A DNA stretch of 10,724 bases from a virus, in the UHGV virus genome UHGV-1698711; one strand, written 5' to 3'. The notes beneath the pieces were generated by a model. That model worked only from the letters and a program-made list of their open reading frames with translations, did not search any database and was not told the DNA's origin. The first letter of the stretch is position 1, and each line of letters begins with the position of its first letter. Shown here piece by piece: positions 1 to 7,157 of this stretch. The translations under genes and the position numbers were made by a program.

Positions 1-1646
1 TCATAGGTCGGGCGGTTGCCGCTGGCGGTAGTGGCGCGACGGATTGCCATAAATGATTGCGCAATGTCGGTGTGCCCGGCGTCAAACTCCAGACGGCGGT
101 GGCTGATAATGTCGTAGGCCTTGAGTACCAGGGCGTTTTTAACGTTGGGGTTGTAGACAAACTCCCGGACGGCAGGAAAGAACGCTTTCACGTTCTCGTA
201 AACCCCGTGACCAACGCCGGTTGAGTCGATACCGATATAAGTCACGTTGTACTGTTCGGTAAGTTTTTTGATGGCGTCAGCCTGGGCGCGGAAGTCCATC
301 CCGCGCCACTGGTGACGCTCAAGAATGCGGAACTTACCGCCCGGCACGGCTGGCGGTGCCACCACCACGCATCCAGCGCTGTCGCCGTTCTGCGTACCTT
401 TTGCCGGGTCATAACCGATCCACACTTCGCGCCAGCCAAACGGGCGCAGCGCCAGTGCATGAAAGTCGGTCCAGACTTCCCAGCTGTCCACCATGCACGC
501 CTGTAGTTCGCTGAGCGGGAACACGGACGCGAGATCGTCCACAAACTCGCACATCAGCAGGTTCTGGTATTCGTCCGGGCTGTATTCCATGCGCAACTGG
601 TTAAGGTCGAACAGGTTACAGCCGCCGCGCACCGCATCTTCCACGGTGACTATCTGGCGGTATTGCCCGTCAGCGCACAGCAGGCCGGGGGCCAGATTGC
701 TGTGGGACAGATCAATGTCCACCTTGTCGGCTTTGTTGCGTCCACGGTTGAACAGCGCACCGGACCAGAACGGATAAGCACTGTGGGTCAGGCTGGATGG
801 CGTGGAAAAATAGGTTTGTCGCCATTTTTTGTGAATAGCCATACCGGAAGCCACTTTGCGCAGCTCCTGGAATTTCGGTATCCAGAAATATTCATCCAGA
901 TACAGGTTGCCGTGGTAACTCTGGGCCGTGCGGGCATTGGTGCCGAGGAAGTAAAGCGTGGCCCCGTTGGGAAGCACCATCGGATCGCCTTTCAGCTCCA
1001 CCTCCACTTCTTTGGCGAAGTCGATGATGTACTGCTTAAAGACGTGAGCCTGTGCCTTACTGGCAGAAAGGAAAATCTGGTTACGTCCGGTAAGCAGAGC
1101 GTCAATCAGGGCTTCACGGGCAAAGTAAAAGGTCGCGCCGATCTGGCGAGACTTCAGCAGGTTGCGGATGCGGTTGGTTTTTCCGGCTTCCCACCAGTGG
1201 CGCTGGTAGTTGAACATGGAGGAATGGAAAATTTCTTCCAGCTTCTCAATCTGTTCATAGGTGAAAACGTTCTTTTCCGGCTGCCGGCGTGGGCCTTTGT
1301 TGCGGTTGGCGACGTTAGGGTTTAAGTCGGCTTCGTTGCCGCCATTGTTAAACTTGCCGATCCGCGCGTGGCGTTCCGACTGGCGCGCCAGCAGGTCAAT
1401 CTCTTTGAAATCTTTCCCTTCTTTGTGCTCCTTCATAATGAGCTGGCAGTAGCGTGCGGCGGTGGTGAGCTGCATCTGATCCAGCGGCCCATAGTCACCC
1501 CACTTGTCGCGTTTTTTCCAGCTGTGAACGGTTGCAACTTTCTCGCCCAGCATTTCAGCAATGCGGGCTACGCGGTATCCCTGAAAGTACAGCAGCATGG
1601 CCTGCCGACGGGGATCGAGATCTGCGGGTGTCAGTGTGGTGTTCAT
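1..1646 (-). CDS. P: Terminase large (ATPase) subunit, P2 gpP-like; 3' end (C-terminus) truncated by the window edge
   Basis: Reverse-complement translation from the ATG at 1646-1644 reads MNTTLTPADLDPRRQAMLLYFQGYRVARIAEMLGEKVATVHSWKKRDKW... and stays open to position 1 (about 548 codons, two bases left over). It is absent from the ORF track, consistent with having no stop inside the window. It is divergent from O, as in P2. Confidence 0.88.
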   Translation of the reverse strand, partial: MNTTLTPADLDPRRQAMLLYFQGYRVARIAEMLGEKVATVHSWKKRDKWGDYGPLDQMQLTTAARYCQLIMKEHKEGKDFKEIDLLARQSERHARIGKFNNGGNEADLNPNVANRNKGPRRQPEKNVFTYEQIEKLEEIFHSSMFNYQRHWWEAGKTNRIRNLLKSRQIGATFYFAREALIDALLTGRNQIFLSASKAQAHVFKQYIIDFAKEVEVELKGDPMVLPNGATLYFLGTNARTAQSYHGNLYLDEYFWIPKFQELRKVASGMAIHKKWRQTYFSTPSSLTHSAYPFWSGALFNRGRNKADKVDIDLSHSNLAPGLLCADGQYRQIVTVEDAVRGGCNLFDLNQLRMEYSPDEYQNLLMCEFVDDLASVFPLSELQACMVDSWEVWTDFHALALRPFGWREVWIGYDPAKGTQNGDSAGCVVVAPPAVPGGKFRILERHQWRGMDFRAQADAIKKLTEQYNVTYIGIDSTGVGHGVYENVKAFFPAVREFVYNPNVKNALVLKAYDIISHRRLEFDAGHTDIAQSFMAIRRATTASGNRPTY

Positions 1647-1692
1647 GGCACAAACCTACAGCCTTGAATGAAGGCTTTCCCCGCCTGCGGTT

Positions 1693-1710
1693 TGTGTGGT
1701 TGTCGGTACA
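1693..1710. promoter_or_regulatory. TGT-N12-ACA dyad (TGTgtggttgtcggtACA) in the divergent P/O intergenic region; candidate Ogr/Delta-type late activator site for the O-operon promoter
   Basis: The motif is read directly from the sequence. P2 late promoters carry a TGT-N12-ACA dyad centred near -55. This centre (about 1701/1702) would put a transcription start near 1756-1760, with a -10-like CATAAG at 1748-1753 and a GGAG ribosome-binding site at 1777-1780 before the O ATG at 1789. Confidence 0.45.
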
Positions 1711-1788
1711 AATACCGCGCATTGTTTCACTGCCCCCATCACCGCAAACATAAGGCTCCAGTAAGTTTTTTCTAACGGAGCACGGCTC

Positions 1789-2622
1789 ATGACAGTGAAA
1801 ACAAAGCGTTTTCGCATCGGGGTGGAAGGTGCCACCACCGACGGACGCGAAATCCAGCGTGAATGGCTGGAACAGATGGCAGCCAGCTACAACCCGGCGG
1901 TGTATACCGCGCTGATTAACCTTGAGCACATCAAGTCTTATCTGCCGGACAGCACCTTTAACCGTTACGGCAAGGTGACGGCGCTGTTTGCTGAAGAAAT
2001 CACGGAGGGTCCGCTGGCGGGCAAGATGGCACTGTATGCCGACGTTGAGCCAACGGAATCACTGGTGGAACTGGTGAAAAAAGGCCAGAAATTATTCACC
2101 TCTATGGAAGTCAGCCCGAAGTTTGCTGATACGGGCAAAGCCTACCTGGTCGGCCTGGCTGCCACTGATGACCCTGCCAGTCTGGGCACTGAAATGCTGA
2201 CATTCAGCGCCAGTGCAGCCCATAACCCGCTGGCAAACCGCAAGCAGAATCCCGCCAATCTTTTTACCGCTGCAGAGGAAACTGTGATCGAACTGGAAGA
2301 AATCCAGGATGACAAACCGTCCCTGTTTGCCCGTGTCACGGCGCTGTTCACCAAAAAAGAGCAGTCCGATGACGCCCGGTTCTCTGATGTGCATAAGGCC
2401 GTGGAACTGGTCGCCACTGAGCAGCAGAACCTGAGTGCGCGCACCGAAAAATCCCTGTCTGAGCAGGAAGAACGCCTGTCTGAGCTGGAGACTGCCCTGC
2501 AGGCACAGCAGACCGCCTTTAACGAACTGGTGGACAAGCTGAGCCAAGAAGACAGCCGCCAGGACTACCGCCAGCGTGCAACAGGCGGTAACGCCCCCGC
2601 TGACATTCTGACCAATTGCTGA
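1789..2622 (+). CDS. O: Capsid scaffolding protein, P2 gpO-like
   Basis: 277 aa ORF with GGAG 8 nt upstream. MTVKTKRFRIGVEGATTDGRE... and the C-terminal ...RATGGNAPADILTNC resemble P2 gpO (FRIGVEGDT..., ...ATGGGGDALMTNC). Central coiled-coil-like, acidic region. Position is immediately upstream of the capsid gene. Confidence 0.92.
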   Translation: MTVKTKRFRIGVEGATTDGREIQREWLEQMAASYNPAVYTALINLEHIKSYLPDSTFNRYGKVTALFAEEITEGPLAGKMALYADVEPTESLVELVKKGQKLFTSMEVSPKFADTGKAYLVGLAATDDPASLGTEMLTFSASAAHNPLANRKQNPANLFTAAEETVIELEEIQDDKPSLFARVTALFTKKEQSDDARFSDVHKAVELVATEQQNLSARTEKSLSEQEERLSELETALQAQQTAFNELVDKLSQEDSRQDYRQRATGGNAPADILTNC

Positions 2623-2638
2623 TGGAGCACAAAACCTG

Positions 2639-3697
2639 ATGAAGAAGAATACCCGCTTTGCTTTTAACGCTTACCTGCAGCAACTGGCGCGTCTGAACGG
2701 TGTGGCAGTTGAAGAACTGTCCAGCAAGTTCACCGTAGAGCCGTCCGTGCAGCAGACATTGGAAGACCAGATCCAGCAGTCCGCCGCTTTCCTGACGCTG
2801 ATTAACGTCACGCCAGTGACTGAGCAGTCTGGCCAGTTGCTGGGGTTGGGAGTTGGCAGCACCATTGCCGGAACCACTGATACCACCGCGAAAGAGCGTG
2901 AGCCTGTCGATCCGACGCTGATGGTCGATGTGGAATACAAATGCGAGCAGACCAACTTTGACACGATACTGACCTACGCGAAGCTGGACCTGTGGGCGAA
3001 GTTTCAGGATTTCCAGGTGCGTATCCGTAACGCCATCGTGAAACGTCAGGCACTGGACCGCATCATGATCGGCTTTAACGGCGTGAAGCGTGCGAAAACC
3101 TCCAACCGTAGCGAAAACCCGCTGCTGCAGGATGTGAATAAAGGCTGGCTGCAGAAAATCCGTGAGGATGCACCGGATCACGTCATGGGCAGCACCACCA
3201 CGGGCGGTGAAACCACACCGGGCGCAGTGAAAGTCGGGAAAGGTGGCGAATATGCCAACCTGGACGCCGTGGTGATGGATGCCGTCAATGAGCTTATCGA
3301 CGTGGTCTACCAGGACGATGACGATCTGGTGGTGATTTGCGGTCGTGAACTGCTGTCTGACAAGTATTTCCCGCTGGTCAACAAAGAGCAGGAAAACAGT
3401 GAAAAACTGGCTGCCGATATGATCATCAGTCAGAAACGCATGGGTGGCCTGCAGGCCGTGCGTGCGCCGTTCTTCCCGCCGAATGCGCTGCTGATCACCC
3501 GTCTGGATAACCTGTCCATTTACTGGCAGGAGGACACCCGCCGCCGTTCGGTTATCGACAACCCGAAACGTGACCGGATTGAAAACTTTGAATCCGTTAA
3601 CGAAGCCTATGTGGTTGAGGACTACCGCTGCGCAGCACTGGTGGAAAACATTCAGATTGGCGACTTCAGCGCCGCCGCCGCAGAAGCCGGAGCATAA
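2639..3697 (+). CDS. N: Major capsid protein, P2 gpN-like
   Basis: 352 aa ORF, 16 nt after O, with GGAG upstream. Size and position match P2 gpN (about 357 aa). Confidence 0.93.
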   Translation: MKKNTRFAFNAYLQQLARLNGVAVEELSSKFTVEPSVQQTLEDQIQQSAAFLTLINVTPVTEQSGQLLGLGVGSTIAGTTDTTAKEREPVDPTLMVDVEYKCEQTNFDTILTYAKLDLWAKFQDFQVRIRNAIVKRQALDRIMIGFNGVKRAKTSNRSENPLLQDVNKGWLQKIREDAPDHVMGSTTTGGETTPGAVKVGKGGEYANLDAVVMDAVNELIDVVYQDDDDLVVICGRELLSDKYFPLVNKEQENSEKLAADMIISQKRMGGLQAVRAPFFPPNALLITRLDNLSIYWQEDTRRRSVIDNPKRDRIENFESVNEAYVVEDYRCAALVENIQIGDFSAAAAEAGA

Positions 3698-3700
3698 ACC

Positions 3701-4351
3701 ATGAGCCTGAGTCCCGCACGGCAGCATCGCCTGCGCGTTCAGGCTGAACAGGCCGCCCGCGAGGGCGGCAGTGTTCGCCACGCATCGGGCTATGACCTGA
3801 TGCTGCTGCAACTGGCGGAAGACCGCCGCCGTCTCAAGGGCGTTCAGTCCACGGTCAAAAAAGCGGAAATCAAAGTGGAGCTGCTGCCGAAGTACGCCGC
3901 CTGGGCAGAGGGTGTCCTGGCTGCCGGAGGCGCTCAACAGGATGACGTGCTGATGTACGTGATGCTGTGGCGCATTGATGCCGGAGATTATGCCGGGGCG
4001 CTGGAGATCGGGCGTCATGCCCTGCGTCATGGCTGGGTGATGCCGCTGGGTAACCGCAACGTGCAGACCGTGCTGGCAGAGGAAATGGCAGACGCCGCGC
4101 AGAGCGCAATGCTTGCCGCCACCGGCTTTGATGCCGATCTGTTGCTGCAGACGCTGGAGCTGACAGACGGTCAGGATATGCCGGACCAGTCACGGGCGCG
4201 TCTGCATAAAGCGATTGGCGCGGTCCTGAGTGAAAGCAATCCGGCGTCCGCCCTTAACCATCTCAACCATGCGTTACAGCTCGATCCTCGCTGTGGCGTG
4301 AAAAAAGACAAACAGCAGCTGGAGCGCAGACTGCGCAATGACAGCCGCTGA
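3701..4351 (+). CDS. M: Terminase small (endonuclease) subunit, P2 gpM-like
   Basis: 216 aa ORF starting 3 nt after the N stop, GGAG upstream. Motifs such as LLPKYAAWAEGVL, GAQQDDVLMYVMLWRIDAGDYAGALEIGRHAL and LELTDGQDMPDQSRARLHK resemble P2 gpM. Confidence 0.88.
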   Translation: MSLSPARQHRLRVQAEQAAREGGSVRHASGYDLMLLQLAEDRRRLKGVQSTVKKAEIKVELLPKYAAWAEGVLAAGGAQQDDVLMYVMLWRIDAGDYAGALEIGRHALRHGWVMPLGNRNVQTVLAEEMADAAQSAMLAATGFDADLLLQTLELTDGQDMPDQSRARLHKAIGAVLSESNPASALNHLNHALQLDPRCGVKKDKQQLERRLRNDSR

Positions 4352-4446
4352 CAGAACGTGCCCCCGCGCACGGGCGGCACGGGGTGGCGAAAGGCACTGC
4401 CACATCAAAACCCCGTCCACCGCCCTCTATTTCAGGAGAAAGCAGC

Positions 4447-4911
4447 ATGAAGTTTGTTGCGCCAGAACAGGCACCGGAACAGGCGGAAATCATCAGAAAT
4501 ACGCCGTTCTGGCCTGATGTGGACCTGTCGGAGTTTCGCAGTGTGATGCGCACTGACGGCACGGTGACGCAGCCGCGTTTAAAGCAGGTTGCGCTGTCGG
4601 CAATTTCGGAGGTCAACGCAGAGCTGTATGAGTTTCGCAGACGCCAGCAGATGCTGGGGTATGCCTCGCTGGCAGAGGTTCCGGCGGAACAGCTGGACGG
4701 TAAAAGTGAGCGCATTCAGCACTATTTCAACGCGGTTTACTGCTGGGCACGCGCCATGCTCAACGAGCGTTATCAGGACTATGACGCCACGGCATCCGGT
4801 GTGAAGCGGGGCGAGGAACTGGCGGAAGCAAGCGGTGATTTGTGGCGTGACGCCCGCTGGGCCATCAGCCGGGTGCAGGATGCGCCGCACTGCACAGTGG
4901 AGCTTATCTGA
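4447..4911 (+). CDS. L: Head completion / stabilisation protein, P2 gpL-like
   Basis: Start chosen at ATG 4447 (MKFVAPEQAPEQ...) because AGGAG lies 8 nt upstream. The track's 4384 start would add 21 residues with no ribosome-binding site. Its stop overlaps the X start (TGATG-type overlap at 4909-4913). Confidence 0.85.
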   Translation: MKFVAPEQAPEQAEIIRNTPFWPDVDLSEFRSVMRTDGTVTQPRLKQVALSAISEVNAELYEFRRRQQMLGYASLAEVPAEQLDGKSERIQHYFNAVYCWARAMLNERYQDYDATASGVKRGEELAEASGDLWRDARWAISRVQDAPHCTVELI

Positions 4912-5114
4912 TGAAAGTGCGTGCGTATCAGTATGACACGGTGGACGCGCTTTGCTGGCGTCATTACGGGCGCACGCAGGGTGTCACGGAGCAGGTACTG
5001 AAGGCAAATCCGGGGCTTGCCGAATACGGCCCCTTTTTACCTCACGGGCTGCAGGTGGAGCTGCCGGACATACCGACAACCACCACCGGGCAGACCGTCC
5101 AGCTATGGGACTGA
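4911..5114 (+). CDS. X: Tail protein X, P2 gpX-like (LysM-like domain)
   Basis: 67 aa. MKVRAYQYDTVDALCWRHYGRTQGVTEQVLKANPGLAEYGPFLPHGLQVELPDI closely parallels P2 gpX in length and sequence pattern. Confidence 0.88.
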   Translation: MKVRAYQYDTVDALCWRHYGRTQGVTEQVLKANPGLAEYGPFLPHGLQVELPDIPTTTTGQTVQLWD

Positions 5115-5117
5115 ATT

Positions 5118-5333
5118 ATGACGCTTGAGCGAATCAGCGCCTTTATCACGTACTGCATCGCCGTTGTGCTGGCCTGGCTGGGCGATTTGTCCATCAAGGA
5201 TGCCTCAACGCTGGGCGGCCTGATGATTGGTGTGCTGATGCTGGCTATCAACTGGTACTACAAACACAAAGCCTACCAGCTTCTGCGCGACGGGCAGATC
5301 TCGCGGGAGGACTATGAATCCATCAATCGTTAA
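5118..5333 (+). CDS. Small class II-type holin (two predicted transmembrane helices, charged C-terminus); candidate pinholin
   Basis: 71 aa. Hydrophobic stretches ISAFITYCIAVVLAWLG and LGGLMIGVLMLAINWYY are followed by the charged tail KHKAYQLLRDGQISREDYESINR. It sits in the holin position (after X, before the endolysin) and overlaps the endolysin start by 20 nt. It is shorter than P2 gpY and of a different topology class. Confidence 0.7.
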   Translation: MTLERISAFITYCIAVVLAWLGDLSIKDASTLGGLMIGVLMLAINWYYKHKAYQLLRDGQISREDYESINR

Positions 5334-5826
5334 ACGCTGCCTTGTCGGGACCGTGCTGGCTATTGCTGCCACGCTGCCGGGTTTTCAGCAGCTTCACACC
5401 TCCGTGGAGGGGCTGAAACTGATTGCTGATTACGAAGGCTGTCGTCTGCAGCCGTATCAGTGCAGTGCGGGTGTCTGGACCGACGGCATTGGTAATACAT
5501 CGGGCGTCATCCCGGGCAAAACCATTACGGAACGACAGGCAGCGGAAGGGCTGATCTCCAACGTGCTACGTGTGGAGCGGGCGCTGGAAAGGTGTGTGAA
5601 GCAACAGCCGCCGCAGAAGGTATATGACGCTACGGTGTCGTTTGCCTTCAACGTGGGAACGGGCAGTGCCTGCAGTTCCACACTGGTGAAATTACTCAAT
5701 CAGCGGCGCTGGGAGGATGCATGCCGACAGTTGCCGCGCTGGGTTTATGTAAAAGGTGTGTTTAATCAGGGGCTGGATAACCGCCGTGCGCGGGAGATGG
5801 CCTGGTGTTTACAGGGAGCAAACTGA
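5314..5826 (+). CDS. SAR endolysin, T4-lysozyme fold (glycoside hydrolase family 24), phage P1 Lyz-like
   Basis: 170 aa. The N-terminus MNPSIVKRCLVGTVLAIAATLPG is a weakly hydrophobic Gly/Ala/Thr-rich signal-anchor-release-type segment. The catalytic region ADYEGCRLQPYQCSAGVWTDGIGNT matches my recollection of P1 Lyz (GNAEGCRRDPYMCPAGVWTDGIGNT). GGGAGG ribosome-binding site lies upstream. Confidence 0.9.
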   Translation: MNPSIVKRCLVGTVLAIAATLPGFQQLHTSVEGLKLIADYEGCRLQPYQCSAGVWTDGIGNTSGVIPGKTITERQAAEGLISNVLRVERALERCVKQQPPQKVYDATVSFAFNVGTGSACSSTLVKLLNQRRWEDACRQLPRWVYVKGVFNQGLDNRRAREMAWCLQGAN

Positions 5827-5827
5827 A

Positions 5828-6205
5828 ATGAAAAAGAAATTAATCAGCGGACTGTTTCTGATGTTATGGATGGCGCTGTTAATCGCAGCAATGGTGTATC
5901 CGCAGGGGATTTTTCCGGTACTGGCAGCGTCCGGCGTTTGGGTAGCCTGTTTGCTGACATGGGTGGTAATTCCGGTAGCACTGGCTGCGTTAATTAAGAA
6001 TGGCCCGCTCTGGCAGGAGTTAAGGGCATCTTTGCTGAAGACAATTACCCGAAAAGAAAACGTATTTATCAGTTGGGTGATGCGATTGCTGATTGTCGTC
6101 AGTCTCGCCTGGACGGGGTGGGCTATTACCCTGGTCTTTTATCTGCTGACCGTTATTGCCTTCTGGATCACCCGTAATCAGATGGCGCAACAGGTATCAG
6201 CATGA
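5828..6205 (+). CDS. Multi-pass inner-membrane protein in the P2 lysA position; putative lysis-timing / antiholin-like factor, function unproven
   Basis: 125 aa from ATG 5828 (GGAG at 5815-5818; the track's 5756 start lies inside the endolysin gene). Three to four hydrophobic helices (LISGLFLMLWMALLIAAMV, IFPVLAASGVWVACLLTWVVIPVALAALI, VFISWVMRLLIVVSLAWTGW, AITLVFYLLTVIAFWI). Its stop overlaps the lysB start (ATGA at 6202-6205). Confidence 0.55.
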   Translation: MKKKLISGLFLMLWMALLIAAMVYPQGIFPVLAASGVWVACLLTWVVIPVALAALIKNGPLWQELRASLLKTITRKENVFISWVMRLLIVVSLAWTGWAITLVFYLLTVIAFWITRNQMAQQVSA

Positions 6206-6630
6206 ACCGGTTGCTGCTGGTTGTGCTGGCGTTATTACTGGCGGCGCTGGGCTGGCAGACGTGGCGGCTGGCTGATGCCAGCCAGACCATCAGCACGCAG
6301 GCAGACGAGCTGCAGAGCAAAAGCCAGGCACTGGCAAAGAGCAACAGCCAGCTTATCAGCCTGTCCATTCTGACTGAAACCAATAACCGGGAGCAGGCGC
6401 GGCTCTATGCCGAAGCAGAACAGACCAGCGCGCTGCTGAGACAACGACAACACCGGATCGAGGAACTGAAACGTGAGAACGAGGATTTACGCCGCTGGGC
6501 TGATACTCCTTTGCCTGCTGACATTATCCGGCTGCGGGAACGTCCGGCACTCACCGGAGGTACAGCTTACCGTCAGTGGTTGTCCGCGAGTGACGCCGTG
6601 TCGGCTGGATCAGGCAACGCCGCGCACTAA
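6202..6630 (+). CDS. lysB: i-spanin (Rz-like; P2 LysB equivalent)
   Basis: 142 aa. N-terminal transmembrane segment LLLVVLALLLAALGW is followed by a long charged, coiled-coil-like periplasmic region (QADELQSKSQALAKSNSQL...RIEELKRENEDLRRW). It lies after the endolysin and membrane protein, as in P2. Confidence 0.75.
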   Translation: MNRLLLVVLALLLAALGWQTWRLADASQTISTQADELQSKSQALAKSNSQLISLSILTETNNREQARLYAEAEQTSALLRQRQHRIEELKRENEDLRRWADTPLPADIIRLRERPALTGGTAYRQWLSASDAVSAGSGNAAH

Positions 6631-6763
6631 CGGTGATCTGAACGCGTTGCTGGATGAAACGGAGGCCGCCTGGGCGGTCTGTGCAGACAAAGTGGACATG
6701 ATTATTGCGTGTCAGGAGCGAAACAGTGAACAAACCACAATCCCTGCGCCACGCCCTCAATAA
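6473..6763 (+). CDS. lysC: o-spanin (Rz1-like lipoprotein; P2 LysC equivalent), overlapped in the +1 frame with lysB and extending into R
   Basis: GTG start at 6473. Signal peptide with lipobox (V/M)RTRIYAAGLILLCLLTLSG|C, then a short Pro/Cys-containing mature region. It overlaps the last 158 nt of lysB in another frame and the first 38 nt of R. 96 codons, the size I recall for P2 LysC. Confidence 0.68.
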   Translation: MRTRIYAAGLILLCLLTLSGCGNVRHSPEVQLTVSGCPRVTPCRLDQATPRTNGDLNALLDETEAAWAVCADKVDMIIACQERNSEQTTIPAPRPQ

Positions 6764-7157
6764 AGCGGTGCCTTATGTCCGCAATAACCCGGACAAACTG
6801 CATCTGTTTGTGGATAACGGTTCGCTGGTTGCCACGGGGGCCAGCTCCATGTCGTGGGAGTACCGTTACACCCTGAACGCGGTGATTGAGGATTTCAGCG
6901 GCGACCAGAATCTGCTGATGGCCCCGGTTTTGCTGTGGCTGCGGGATAACCAGCCCGATGCCATCAATAACCCGGCGTTACGGGAAAAACTATTTACCTT
7001 TGAGGTGGATATTCTGCGCAACGATGTCTGTGATATCAGCCTTAACCTGCAACTGACGGAACGTGTGCTGGTCAGCACTGACGGCAGTGTGTCGAGCGTT
7101 GAAGCTGTAGCAGAACCCGATGAACCTGAAGAAATGTGGACGGTGAAACGTGGCTGA
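6726..7157 (+). CDS. R: Tail completion protein, P2 gpR-like
   Basis: Start chosen at GTG 6726 (VNKPQSLRHALNKAVPYVRNNPDKLHLFVDNG...) with AGGAG 7 nt upstream. The track's 6705 position is a TTG. 143 aa. Its stop overlaps the S start. Confidence 0.85.
   Translation: MNKPQSLRHALNKAVPYVRNNPDKLHLFVDNGSLVATGASSMSWEYRYTLNAVIEDFSGDQNLLMAPVLLWLRDNQPDAINNPALREKLFTFEVDILRNDVCDISLNLQLTERVLVSTDGSVSSVEAVAEPDEPEEMWTVKRG

Noticed and set aside
663-1325. Plus-strand 220-aa ORF at the left end, with neighbouring plus-strand ORFs at 312-777 and 1261-1753
   Set aside because: All lie antisense or out of frame within the minus-strand terminase large subunit gene, whose translation is continuous and recognisably P2 gpP-like. 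None has an upstream ribosome-binding site.
2519-4030. Long minus-strand ORF (503 aa) spanning the capsid and small-terminase genes
   Set aside because: It is entirely antisense to two well-supported, P2-like genes. It has no credible ribosome-binding site and its translation is low-complexity (Gly/Ala/Val/His/Gln-rich), as expected from the reverse frame of GC-rich coding DNA. Stop-free antisense frames are common at this GC content.
4384-4446. N-terminal extension of the head completion gene, using the track's 4384 start
   Set aside because: The extra 21 residues (MAKGTATSKPRPPPSISGESS) are low-complexity and have no ribosome-binding site. An AGGAG lies 8 nt before the internal ATG at 4447, which also gives the expected protein size.
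5756-5827. Upstream start for the membrane protein, inside the endolysin gene
   Set aside because: It would overlap 71 nt of the endolysin in another frame with no ribosome-binding site. ATG 5828, just after the endolysin stop and preceded by GGAG, is the parsimonious start.
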